Program-made: the position numbers and the translations under genes
Source of the DNA: Phoronis australis
Lineage: Eukaryota > Animalia > Phoronida
DNA length: 47,964 nt
Direction of reading: 5' to 3'
Assembly (NCBI GenBank): GCA_002633005.1
Contig: NMRA01000019.1
Location: forward strand, 1 to 47,964
Part shown: positions 1 through 11,645 of the stretch, one piece after another
Position numbering within the stretch: position 1 is the stretch's first letter
Layout: the number at the start of each line of letters is the position of its first letter
The notes under the pieces: model-generated
Database searches by the model: none
Told to the model about the DNA's origin: nothing
What the model saw: only the letters and a program-made list of their open reading frames with translations

Positions 1-146
1 TTCGTTCTGGACTAAACATGCCCCCTAGTTGTTTGATTTTGGGCAGTTCTTAGTGCGTTTGCTGGACGCCTATCTTAATTCGCCTGCGGCGACCGACCAG
101 GGTTTGACCAATCTGGGTTTCCACGAGTCTTCTGTATCCATCACTC

Positions 147-823
147 GATTGTCACACACCTTTAAAGTTCAATATATTATGTAACTTTTGTAATTACCGA
201 TATCTGTAGTAGTTTAGTTTGTCGTAATATATATGACCTTTTATCTCATCTACACGTGTTGTTTCACTGTAAACTAGCTTCGGTATCGCTTCGCAGTTAG
301 CGCATATAAAAATTATTTAAGTATTAAATTATTTTATGTAAGCTATACTGCTTCGTCCTCATTATCATATTGTTTGGATTCTCGGGTCAGTGACCCTCTT
401 TGTTCTACGATTATTGGTTTAATTGTACCACGTGATCTCGTTGTCTCGTCGCAACACTGGGCCATCGTCCACAATTCTCTCCAAATTTCAGTTTGCACTC
501 AATTTCTCTTTCCCTCCCTCCCGTAAACCAATTTTCCTTACTTCCCTGTTTATCCTTACCTTCCCCATGTCGCTGTCCCGGTGTTGCTGTTATGCTTTCG
601 CATATTATTACTTAACTTTCTATTCACCACTTATGTATACCTTCGTTGCTGCTAGGCAGATTGTCACCCACCTTTACAGTTTAACATATTATGTAACTTT
701 TATAATTACCGATATCTGTAGTAGTTTAGTTTGTCATAATATATATGACCTTTTATCTCATCTACACGTGTTGTTTCACTGTAAACTAGCTTCGGTATCG
801 CTTCGCAGTTAGCGCATATAAAA
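147..823. repeat. Pair of ~165-bp direct repeats (147-311 and 659-823)
   Basis: gattgtcac...tatctgtagtagtttagtttgtc...ctagcttcggtatcgcttcgcagttagcgcatataaaa occurs twice, 512 bp apart, with few mismatches. Confidence 0.9.
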
Positions 824-865
824 TGCCTTATCCTCATTCTCAGGGAAGTTCAAATATAAAATGTA

Positions 866-903
866 CTAGCTGCTACCCGTGCTTTTGTATGGGTAGCAGC
901 TAG
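866..903. repeat. Stem-loop (17-bp stem, TTTT loop), possibly the end of a non-autonomous element
   Basis: ctagctgctacccgtgc-tttt-gtatgggtagcagctag: 13 perfect pairs plus inner pairs that include G-T. Confidence 0.75.
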
Positions 904-1569
904 CCGAGTGGCGCCGATGAGGAAATAGCTACACCTACGTGTGAACATTAGTGTTCATCGCAAAAGACAGGAATACTTGATAAGACCGTGTTCAAAGCTT
1001 CACTCAGAATTTATGTCAGATTTTAGTAGGCAACGTGTCCGACTATGGGATTCTTTCCCCCTTTCGTAAAAATGAAATTTTCATTTAAAAAAAGTTACGA
1101 AAAAATAATGGCATTTTTGGTTCAGAAAATATGACAAAGCTTAGTTTTTTTGACAAACGAGTTGGAATGGAGGTCTCTAAATAAGGTTTGAGATAGCTTT
1201 AATACACTGTTGGAATTGAACCACACCTGACTTTTCATGAATTGTTGAGTTTTTACTTTTGTCACCTACATTAGCTTAGTCTTTCATATGTCGGAGAATT
1301 TTGTCATCCGATGGTGCCTGTGGGTGCTGTATTAGTCGGTGATTTGTCATTATTACCATTTTTGTGACTAGGTAAGTTGTATGTACTTTGGAGATCAAAG
1401 AATGAAACACATTGTTTATGTGTTTTGATTATTGTGTAAGCGCCAACAATGTGATACTATTGATATAATTCCCGCTTGGGTTATTCATTAGGTTTGATTA
1501 TTTTGTTCACTGCACAGTTGTTTAGATTGTGGCGAGGGGACTAGCTTAACATTTTCCAGTTTTGAGGTC

Positions 1570-2030
1570 GATTCGATGTATTTTGTTCCGTCTAGTGGCC
1601 ATTTTTACTTCTTTCTAGTCTGTTTTTGGCGCTTGTCTTCTGTCAACCAAACCACTCTTAGGATAATTGTTAAAATTGGCTTATATAATCTTAGTGCGCC
1701 CTAAGCCTTCTGCAGGATCTTTATGAAATTTAGCAAGTGTACGTATGCGAAGTTGACAATCGAAGACAAGTTTCAGACGTATCCGACTAACGCTTTGCCC
1801 CCTTTTGGCAATTTCATTTTTTATGTTTTCCTGTGTTTCTTTAAAGATTTTCATGAAATCTGGTAAATAGTGTCCTGTTACAAGAGGCGGTGACATTTTT
1901 ACATTTTTATGTATTCGAAGTATTTTGCACCATCTAGTTGGCATTCTTATGATACCAATAAATATCCTAGATGCACACCGCTTGCGGTCTAGTCATGGGG
2001 ACATTTCAACCCACGCGTTGCTTTTGTTTA
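1570..2030 (+). mobile_element. Degenerate Helentron-associated (HINE/DINE-1-like) non-autonomous element, 3' part
   Basis: 1581-1670 resembles 30341-30430; 1928-2030 resembles the reverse complement of 47697-47800 and ends in a small hairpin followed by cttttgtt. Confidence 0.55.
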
Positions 2031-2495
2031 TTATTTGATTGTTTAGATTTAGGAGGTACAGATGATTTTGTGGTTTATTTTTGTGTTTAATTATTTGGGA
2101 TGTTTATTTGCTTATGATGTCTCTGATGTTTTTTGAGGTATGGTTTACTATTTATCATGGAGTTATAGCTCATCCTGGATATGTTATTTGGCGATGCCTC
2201 TAAGGTATGCAAAAAATTTATTGGCAGTTTGATTTGAGCAGCATTATGGTGTAACTGAAAAGTGGTGTATTATCATTTTAGTTCTTTGCAATGGGTAAAT
2301 AGGACAATAAGTCATGCTCTGTTTGAAATTGCATTTATTTATGTTAGTACGTGCGTGAAATAAAAAGAAGCAGATAGTATGGCATGTAAGGTAGTTCTTT
2401 CTCTCTTGGCTAAACTTGACTAGAGTTCACTGTACCTAAAACAAAAACCTGCACATGTACTTATTTTGAATACAGTATAAATACGATATGCTTTT

Positions 2496-4200
2496 TTCAG
2501 CCGTCCCGATCTCTAGAACGCAATTTGAACACCACTGAAGTAACTATTCCTCACATGCTCTTGCACCGCTCTTCTCGTGCTTAAAAAATGTTTGACCCTG
2601 ATTTCAAAATTTCTTTCATTTTTGGATAGCCCTTTACTTACTCACTCCAAAAAACGTGAGTTGCCACTTCTTGTGAGCCCTAAAAAGGTCACAGCGGTGG
2701 ATCAAATTTTGAACATTGGGGGAGTCTGTGACGTTGACCTTAAAACTTGACCCCCGAATTAGGAGAGAGGGGCTTACAAATAAGAAACTTTTGAAAACTT
2801 GCACTTTACCATGCTTCAAAAATGTCTCGGTTTGGTAGTCTTCAGGTTATTGGTCATGAAGATATGACTTTCCAAACTGTAGTTCATTGGCACAAAGTTT
2901 CTGAAATTTTGAAGGTGGTAGGTCAATTTGGGGCACTCCTGGGCCCTTACTAAGGCCAGGAAAAGTATGATATTTACATTTCTAGAGTGGAGAGACAAGG
3001 GGCTATCAGATGCACAAAGAATTTTTGAAATCGAAAACAAAATAATTTTGGACCCAAAAAGGACCCTTCTGAGGGTCATTTTGGTGGGCCTCTATGACCT
3101 AATTAGTGGGCCGATCACGCTGAAACTTGGCGCCTAACCATTTCGAAGATAGGCCTTTCACATAAAAACAGAATCTTTGAAATCCAAGACAAAAAGTTTT
3201 TCGACCGAAAAAAAACCTAAGCCTATAGTCCAGGGTTTTTTTGGGCCGAAAATTTTTTTGCCTCCAATTTCAAAAATTCCTCTTCAGATAGACATAAATT
3301 GCTGAAATACTAAATTCCACCAAGTTTGAGTTCGATTGGATCATTAATAAGGTCACACAGCAAGATCAAAGTTAAAAAACGTCATTTTTACAGAGACCTA
3401 AAAACTTTTTGACCTCGATTTCAAAACTTCCTTCATTGTTGGATAGCCCTTCACTTACTGACTCCAAAAATATAAGTTGCCACCTCTGGTGAGCCCTAAT
3501 AAGGTCACATCGGTGGATCAAAGTTGGAAAATTTGGGGAGTCTGCACCTAGAAAATTTTACGAATAGGTGCCATCTAAACAACTTGGCCAAAAATGTAAN
3601 TATGACCTAATTAGTGGGCCGATCACGCTGAAACTTGGCGCCTAACCATTTCGAAGATAGGCCTTTCAAATAAAAATAAAATCTTTGAAATCCAAGACAA
3701 AAAGTTTTTCGACCGAAAAAAAACCTAAGCCTATAGTCCAGGGTTTTTTTTGGGCCGAAAAATTTTTTGCCTCCAATTTCAAAAATTCCTCTTCAGATAG
3801 ACATAGAATGCTGAGAAACTAAACCCCACCAAGTTTGACTTCGATTGGATCATTAATAAGGTCACACAGCAAGATCAAAGTTAAAAAACGTCATTTTTAC
3901 AGAGACCTAAAATTTTTTTGACCTCGATTTCAAAACTTCCTTCATTGTTGGATAGCCCTTCACTTACTGACTCCAAAAATATAAGTTGCCACCTCTGGTG
4001 AGCCCTAATAAGGTCACACCGGTGGATCAAAGTTGGAAAATTTGGGGAGACTGCACCTAGAAAATTTTACGAATGGGTGCCATCTAAACAACTTGGCCAA
4101 AAATGTAATGTTGATCAATGAGAAGTCTGGTTGTAAGTGAAAGGTGATATAAATCCAGCATTTATTAAAGTTTATAAACTTAAAAGTGCTTTTGAAAAAT
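2496..4200. repeat. Internally repetitive non-autonomous element or satellite-like repeat; 3093-3599 is duplicated at 3601-4108 across a single N
   Basis: 2590-2740 resembles 3408-3545 and 3915-4055; near-identical ~507-bp copies flank the N at 3600. Confidence 0.7.
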
Positions 4201-4814
4201 CTGTAAGATTCTTTCATCACAGCCGCAAGGGCTTTGCATGCAGTACCATCCATACAACCTTATATCCATTACAGTTGACATGTAATCCATTGGGCTAATG
4301 AGTACTGAATAGGCCTATGAACTTTTAAGTGACACTGACGTTTCATCTAAAACTGACAGTTTTGCTAAGTCATGGGTGGCGTACCATAGGGGGCTGAGGT
4401 ATATAGCTTCCCCCCCAATTATTTCAGTGCTGCGCTGCCCGTATAAGTGCAGAGTGTCGAAAATTTTCGTGATAAGCCGAACGAATTAATACATAAAAGT
4501 GTTTTGAAACTTACAAACTCTTAGGCTACCCTTTCTGATTCCCGTCACCCGACCCTCACTGCTCTGAGATGGGTAGGTCGGTCAGTAAAATATTTTATGC
4601 TTTCCCTTTTCCGTTGCTGGGGGGCGTTCATTTTTGTTGTAACGAATATGTCCTATTTACAAGTGGAAAAAATAATTATTTTGTCTAGCGGTTCCATTGA
4701 GCCAATGCGTTACCTAGCCAGAAAACACGCTGTAGGTCGCAGGTTTCATGCTGCAATGCTAAGAAGTGAAGGTTTTAAAATCTGCTAAAATTGGAAACCT
4801 GAATTCGCGTTCAN

Positions 4815-5015
4815 AAGACGTCTTTACGTGAACACTAACTTTATTGCGGACTGACTAACAGACTGTACAACAACATGTTTTTGCAATAGATAAGACCACA
4901 TGCATATGAGTCGCATTTCATAGAACTGCTTGGCAAGACTTATATAATAACCATGCTAACTAATGGTGCCATATAATGTAAGTGTAGTTCCAGTACAAAC
5001 CACAATACTATTACA
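4815..5015 (-). repeat. 3' LTR, truncated by about 30 bp at the N at 4814
   Basis: Aligns to 9064-9256 with roughly 10% differences by eye; ends in ATTACA on +. Confidence 0.9.
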
Positions 5016-5027
5016 CCCCTTTTCTTT
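5016..5027 (-). other. Polypurine tract
   Basis: AAAGAAAAGGGG on the minus strand immediately before the LTR start TGTAAT. Confidence 0.85.
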
Positions 5028-5299
5028 GAAAAACAAGAAAGTGGCACTAAGAAACATAAATTAACAACTGTTTAACCACAATTAACAAATTACCATTCTA
5101 ACAGATGTTTCACTCAAGAAGACTATCAGCTAAGTGCTAAAACAATAAACAAATAGTATCTTACCATACAATAACAGACTAATCTAATTACAAAAGTTGC
5201 TATACTTGCAAACTGATTCTCAGCAATACCCACTGCTGTCAAGAAGTTATATAATCCTTAAATCTGGAGGGTTTCTTGATTTCCCTTCCTGTTCTTGTA

Positions 5300-8200
5300 A
5301 CTACAGGTTTTGATTTAATCTCGGGTGAATCATTACCAGTGTCACTAATTGATTGAATAGGATTGTCTGTTTGACTTTGTGGCAAAATGCACTGGTCAAA
5401 TTAGGCTGTACAGAATGTGGAGATTCTGTAGTGGACAATAACATTTGTCGATTGCGGCGATCATAACTCTCGTGCTTAATCACCTGCTTTGACAATGTAA
5501 GAAGTATCAGAATGTTGTTTAACCAATTCTGCTGGTTCCCAACCACTCTTAGTTTTCATACGCACGGCTTGTTCAGATTCAGAATTGTTTAACGCTGGCA
5601 ATGGTTTGGTATTCCTGTCGTTATACTTCTTTTGTCTCATTTGATAGTTGGACATTTCATGCACTTTATCAGGGTCAATTGCTTCAGGTTTCAGCAATAC
5701 ATTCGAAGTAGGCAATAATGTCCTGGTACGTCTACCCATTAATCTTTAAACTGGAGACCCAATGACACCGTCTTTTGGCGTATTTCTCAAATCTAACAAA
5801 GCCAAATATATGTCATCATTTGTTTCACTTGTTTTCTTTATCAATCGCTTGATAACATGAACAGATTTGTCTGCAAGACCATTTGCCTGCTGGTAACCTG
5901 GAGATCACATGCAACTGTGTTCCATGGAAGAACAGGTTTCTCAAACAATTTCATTGGCTTTTTTGGTTGGAGGTTTCGATGTTTCAAACATGCAGCACAT
6001 CTGCTAATAATATTTTCAATTTGTGTGTTCATACCCGGCCAAAATATAACATCACGAGCTCTTTGTTTTGTCCGTGTCATTCCCGTATGTGATTGGTGTA
6101 GCACACGTAACATGTGCCGACGGAACGTAGTGGGAATACATACCCTATCTGCTCTGATAACAATACCATTGTAAATAGCTAATTGATCTCTGCAATCCCA
6201 ATAAGGTAATGCGATGTGAGGTACTTGTGACCTATATTCTAACCAACCATTCAAAATTAACTGCTCTACACACTGCAGTCCATCATCATCGCATGTTGCC
6301 ATAGCAATCTTATCATGCATACAATTTGCTAGAGTATCAACCTTACAAACCATGAGGTCATCGTCCATGATAGCATAACTGTCATCACCAGTGAGGTAAT
6401 CTACTCACAAACAATCGGCTAAACCAATTGTAGTACCTTTCTGTACACCAAATTGAATGAGTATGGTCGTTTCAGCATTATTCTTTGAATTCCTATCGGA
6501 GACATGCCTATTAGCTTCTTAAACACACACTCTAAGGGCTTATGGTCTGATTCAATTGTGACTTCAGGCATATCGTAAATCTACTTGTGAAATCGAATGC
6601 ACCCAAAACATACAGCAAACATCTCTTTCTCTATTTGAGCATATCGCTTTTCTGTGGGTGTTAGCGCCCAAGAGGCATAAGCAACAATGCCATCATCCTG
6701 GATCACTGCTGCACCTAATCCCTTGGTGCTAGCGTCAACACTTGGTGTGATTAGTTTGTAGATATCTAAGTATTTTAATACAGGGGTGTTACACAAAGCT
6801 TCCTTAATACTTGAAAAAGCTTCCGATTCTGCTTCGCCCCTCTTCCAAGAGCCTGCATTTTTCATTTCTCGCAATGGAGCACTCAATTGACTCAAGTTTG
6901 GGATAAATTTGGACACATATGCAATCATTCCCAACGCTGACTACAGTTCTTGTTCATTGATTGGTTCTGGCATATCAACAATAGCCTGAATATTCTCTCT
7001 TGGGATGGTTTTACACCATCAGCGGTCAAAACATTACCCACGTAACTAACTTGGGGTTGACTAATCTTGGTCTTATTTAGATTCAATTTTAACCCTTGTT
7101 TTCTGGCTATCTCAAGTACAGCTGTGAGCCGTTCATCATGCTCTTGAGATGTTTTGCCGTGAATTAGAATATCATCCATCACAATTTCTACTCCCGAAAT
7201 ATGACCAAACATACTTTGCATAGCCCTTTGATAAATTTGTGGCGAACTTTTCAAGCCCATTGGCAATTTAAGATGCCTGTATCGCCCAAATGGGGTATTA
7301 AATGCTGTATAGTAAGAACTTTGCTCACTCAGCCTGATTTGGCAATAACCCATTTTTACGTCAAGTACACTGAAAATTTTACTCCCATGTAATCTGGTTA
7401 CAATATCATCAATTGAACTCATCGGGCAATGTTCACGCAAAATAGCCTAATTGAAGCTCGAGGGATCAATGCACAACCTAAGTCTATTATTGCGTTTCCG
7501 AACACATACTAACGGAGACACCCAAGGTGTTGGCTCAGTGATTTTATCTATAATACCACACCTTTCTAAATGGTCTAATTCCACTTTTACCTGCTCTCTG
7601 ATAGCAGCGGGATCTGGTCTGGGAGGGTGAAATACTGGCGGTATAGACGAATCTACCTGAATATCGTATTCCCCTGGAATACACCCAATTGTTTCTTCAA
7701 ATACATCACGGTATTTTCTTAGAATACTGTCGTGCTTTGCATTTTGCTTCTGAGAGTCAACTTCAAATACTCTCTGGACCACATTTAATTTCACACTGTC
7801 GTCACGACCTAATAAATCTTTTTGTTTCGTGTTGTCCAGTACAAGAAACTCTAGCATATGTCTTTCCTTCTGATAAACAGCTGGCAGTACAATTTTACCA
7901 TACGCTTTCTGTGGTTTGCCATGAATACCATTAGTAGCATTGCTTTGTTTCAACAGGTGTTCCCTTCCTAACTTTCTGAGTGTAGCTAATGACAATACAT
8001 TGCAATCTGCAAACGTATCAATTGCTAAGGAAAAGTTTGACTTACCAACTTGTACTGTGACATTCCAATCATCAGAATTTGTACATTCATAATTTGAATT
8101 GATACCGAACACATCTTTAATATTGCATTGTTCCATCATATTTGCCATTCCGTCCTCCTCTGTTTTGTGTACATTTGCCTGTCCTCGGTAATTCCGACCA

Positions 8201-8981
8201 CGATTGCCTTTGTAACGCCCTCTAGATTGTCCTCTTTGTTGGTGATGATGGTTTTGCTGTCGTAGCGATCTCTGCCAGGATGTCTGTTGTGCTTTGCAAA
8301 TTTTCGAATTCGCAAAATGGCCACAATTGTTACAAGCGTGACATGTTTTGCCTCTGGCAGGACAGTTGTCTTCGTAATGCGTTCTCTTGCATTTTTTACA
8401 AAACATCTTGTGCCTTTTGTGACACACTTTGTCCTCTGTTGATAGGTTTTTAAGTGCTGTCGAGACAGTTCACTTGCACGACAAATTTTAATGACATTTT
8501 CCAAAGTGGAGTCATTTACTTCTAAGTCTAGAAGTTTCAACTTGATGTGACTGTCGCGGACACCATTGACGATTCTGTCACAAATAAATGTGTCTTTAAT
8601 ATCACCATAGTCACATCCCTTTGCGCGATGCTTCAGATCGGCAACAAAAGCCATAAGTGACTCACCGGCCTTTTGGTTGCGTTCCAAAATGCTTGTCTGC
8701 GAGTATTTCGATACTTCTTTTGGCCATAGTGTCCATCAAAGCGTTTCAGTACCACGTCTAAATTATACCTGTCTTCCGACGACAAATCAAATGTATTGAA
8801 CAGTTTGACACCATCTGCCCCAAGGAGATGAAGTAAAATGTTAACTTTCTGTTTACCTGACGCATCCTCGAGTCCGCTTGCGATCAGGTAAATGTCGCCA
8901 CTGGCTCCAACTTTCTCCTGTTTTGTCAGCCTGTAGCTGTACAAACGCATCCGGCGGGCTCAAGTCTAGCTTAGCAGCCAT
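5300..8981 (-). pseudogene. Frameshifted gag-pol (Gag, aspartic protease, RT, RNase H, integrase)
   Basis: Gag ATG at 8981 (MAAKLDLSPP..W..W); CKKCKRTH..C and CHAC..GHF knuckles; IDTFAD protease site; VMDDILI RT motif; VDAS..GLGA and YAQIEKE RNase H motifs; H..HTG..C..C and LMGRR.RT integrase motifs; several stops and frameshifts. Confidence 0.93.
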
Positions 8982-9021
8982 TGATTAGAACATTAAGTAA
9001 CAACTGAACAAAAAATCGCCA

Positions 9022-9034
9022 ACTCCTGACACCA
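9022..9034 (-). other. Primer-binding site, tRNA-Leu type
   Basis: TGGTGTCAGGAGT directly after the 5' LTR end, complementary to the 3' end of tRNA-Leu(CAG). Confidence 0.8.
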
Positions 9035-9256
9035 TGTAATGGCTTGTGGAGAGAGGAGTGAAGAAGACGTCTTTACTTGAACACTTCTTTATTGCGGACT
9101 GACTAACTACTGTACAACAACATGTTTTTGCAATAAACAAGACCACATGGATATGAGTCACAATTAGAACTGCTTGTCAAGACTTATATAATAACCATTC
9201 TTCATTGTGTCATATAAGGTAAGTGTAGTTCCAGTACAAACCACAATACTATTACA
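9035..9256 (-). repeat. 5' LTR (222 bp)
   Basis: TGTAAT...ATTACA inverted termini; matches 4815-5015. Confidence 0.92.
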
Positions 9257-10442
9257 AATTATCAGCTTTACTGAATCCTGGAATGAACAATGGTCCTGGA
9301 CCCAATGTGATTTCTATGGTTTCATTCTCTTGGGCAGTTGGAATTTTGAATATGGTTCCAGATTCCAATTTAAATCCAGTTCAGCAATTCAAATTCTTAA
9401 TCTGCGATCACTGGAACCTGCGGGGCACTGGTATTCTACGTTGTATTCGCGCTGTCTTGGAACCATCTTACACTGATTTTAATTTCACTTACACCAATAC
9501 CATTAGAATGTAATGTAACGACTTCGGTGATATTTCGATTGACGGGACGTGATCAACGACTTGGTCAGTTCTTTCACTATGAGATTAGTTAATGCGGCGT
9601 CTCTTGACCACATCCCGATGATGATTGATATGAAACGCCTCAAACGGAACATGGAACACCTCGGGTATATTCGTAGTGCAAGGTGAGTATCACTGAAAAC
9701 TGGTGACGACCTTCGATGGGACGCTGAAAGTTATGGCGGTTGCACCAGGGCGGTGCACCCTCACGTTTCCGGCTTCCCTGACGACGCTCAATCATTCCTC
9801 TTCCCAGTCGTGACTCCGAAACTTGGCCAATTCCTTCCCGATCGTCTCGACAGATCGTCTTGCAAATCTACAGATTTGCCCTATAAAGTGCTCCCGAGTG
9901 TAGCCATGGAAAATCTGCTCGTCTTAGAAATGTAAGAAATGGTGAAATATTACGAACTAACATGGCTTTTTCTTGAAAAGGAGTCGCTAGAAATACCCCT
10001 GTGAAAAACGGCCCAGGGTCAGTTTTAAAGGCTAACGGCCATGAAAACCTCCCTGGAGGAAAGTTTTCACTTGGTCGAATTTATCTGTTGTCAGTCTATT
10101 TGTCACTTGACACACCGTGACTTGCCTTTGCACTAACCTGAACTCTTTAGCCAGCTGTAAACTCGTGAATTGTGGTTAAAGGCGAAGGCAACCTTTTTCA
10201 TGTCATTTTTAGCAAAAATAAGGTTCGTTGATTATCCCAGACATATTTTTCACTTAATTACACATTTTCGTAATTTTGTTAATTACTCTCCATCTACTCC
10301 AGAAGTGACGTTTTGGGAGGCAAGAATTTCTCGCCAATTTCTTTTCATATAGTCTGACTGTGAGAGCTGTCGAGTCGGTCATTGTTCTGCCTCGGTTGTG
10401 ATACGTTCGATCGTCGTTTGCTTTGTTTACGAGTCAGTCAAC

Positions 10443-11143
10443 ATGCTGCACTGTTGCTGCGTAACGGGATGCACTCATTATTGTTTAACGCGCGCCTTCG
10501 GAGTACCTTTTCATCGCTTTCCGAAAGATGACACACTTCCCCCGTCTTGGCTCGTTCGTGTGAAGAACGCAGTGTTACCCGTCCACGCAACGTAGAAAGC
10601 AGTTGAGGGTTACTGAGTGTGTGGCATGGATTTTCTGACGCCAGATTACGAGAGAGATATGTACGCTGAATTGATGAAGGTCCCTGTGAAACAACGACTG
10701 AACAAGGGTGCCATACCGTCGATGTTTATTCCCAGCAGTGCCCCGTCGCCACCCTCGAGAAGTGCGTTTTTGAAGCTAGAAGCCTCGCGAGTTGTGGTCA
10801 TTACAGTGACTGGAGGCACTTCATCTACTGTCATCCGTGACTCCGAACGTACCACAGAGCGTGCAATTCCGGAAACTAGCAGTGATTCGCTCTTTGCTGC
10901 TGTCTCTAGCCTGTAAGCAGCCCTGCAGGGATATTGAGTAGTGGTAGTGAATACAGGCCCAGTTCGACACCCAGTGAAGAGGACAGTTCGTCGTCCAATG
11001 AACAGATCGGTGAGCCAAACGTTGATAAGTTTATTGTGGACTTGTATAAAGTGTTGGAGCTATTTAAAAAGTGCCAGGTATGTGGCGAGGGAGTCACACG
11101 GTTGGATGTAAGCCGTTTGGGTGCACAGGTCACCATCCAGTGG
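10443..11143 (+). pseudogene. 5' portion of a Kolobok THAP-domain transposase
   Basis: MLHCCCVTGC..FHRFPKD..W..VCG.DF..RLNKGAIPSMF THAP fold with two in-frame stops, then an acidic linker and KFIV..LELFKKCQVC..GAQVTIQW. Confidence 0.85.
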
Positions 11144-11300
11144 TAACAGCATAGACATTCCATTGAGGTCGGTATAACAATGCACAAATTGCATTTGCAC
11201 CAAGACATCCCACCACGTCTGTCCTCAGTCTCTGCCTCATCTCTCTCAACAGCTGTCTGTGTATTCTAGCTTACTATACTCGGGCTCAAACATATATCCA
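11144..11300 (-). pseudogene. KolX (P2X7 C-terminal ballast-like Cys-rich protein), N-terminal remnant
   Basis: GYMFEPEY motif (11273-11299) followed by R...WCKCNLC..IPT.MECLCC. Confidence 0.8.
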
Positions 11301-11645
11301 CCCACTGCTACTACAAGCTAAAAAATTCCTAAATCCAATGTAACTGAATTCTCTAACAACCTAGCTTGTCGTAGAATACTTGTCGATGGGAAGTGGTGAC
11401 GACAGTTTTAGGAAACCAGCACGAAAACAACAGTAGAACAGATCCTCACATTAACTCGAACGCACTAGAAACGAAATGGCGGGAAATTCTTAACCCGCTA
11501 AACGTCACTTCCGGAGTAGTGAACGACTAATTAATAAAATTACGTGAAGCCGTAATTAACTGAAGCATATGTTTGGGATAATCAACGAACCGTATTTTTA
11601 CTAAAAATGATATGAAAAAGGGTTGCCTGACCCTTTAAGTCTTAC

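Larger units (their letters stand above)
4815..9256 (-). mobile_element. Gypsy/Ty3 LTR retrotransposon, Mag-like, decayed
   Basis: Two LTRs, PBS and PPT; gag-PR-RT-RH-INT order on the minus strand; tandem CCHC knuckles. Confidence 0.95.
10180..11634 (+). mobile_element. Kolobok DNA transposon, internally deleted
   Basis: TTAA at 10176-10179 and 11635-11638; AGG...CCT termini; ~160-bp imperfect TIRs (10180-10340 and 11475-11634); convergent THAP-transposase and KolX remnants. Confidence 0.88.

Noticed and set aside
147-823. TRIM or small LTR element
   Set aside because: No PBS, PPT or TSD next to the repeats on either strand
3093-4108. True tandem duplication of ~507 bp
   Set aside because: The copies meet exactly at a single N, typical of unmerged overlapping contig ends or alleles
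10906-11208. Host P2X7 receptor gene or a 100-aa standalone gene
   Set aside because: Only the first ~21 residues are KolX-like; the rest is antisense of the transposase, all within Kolobok TIRs
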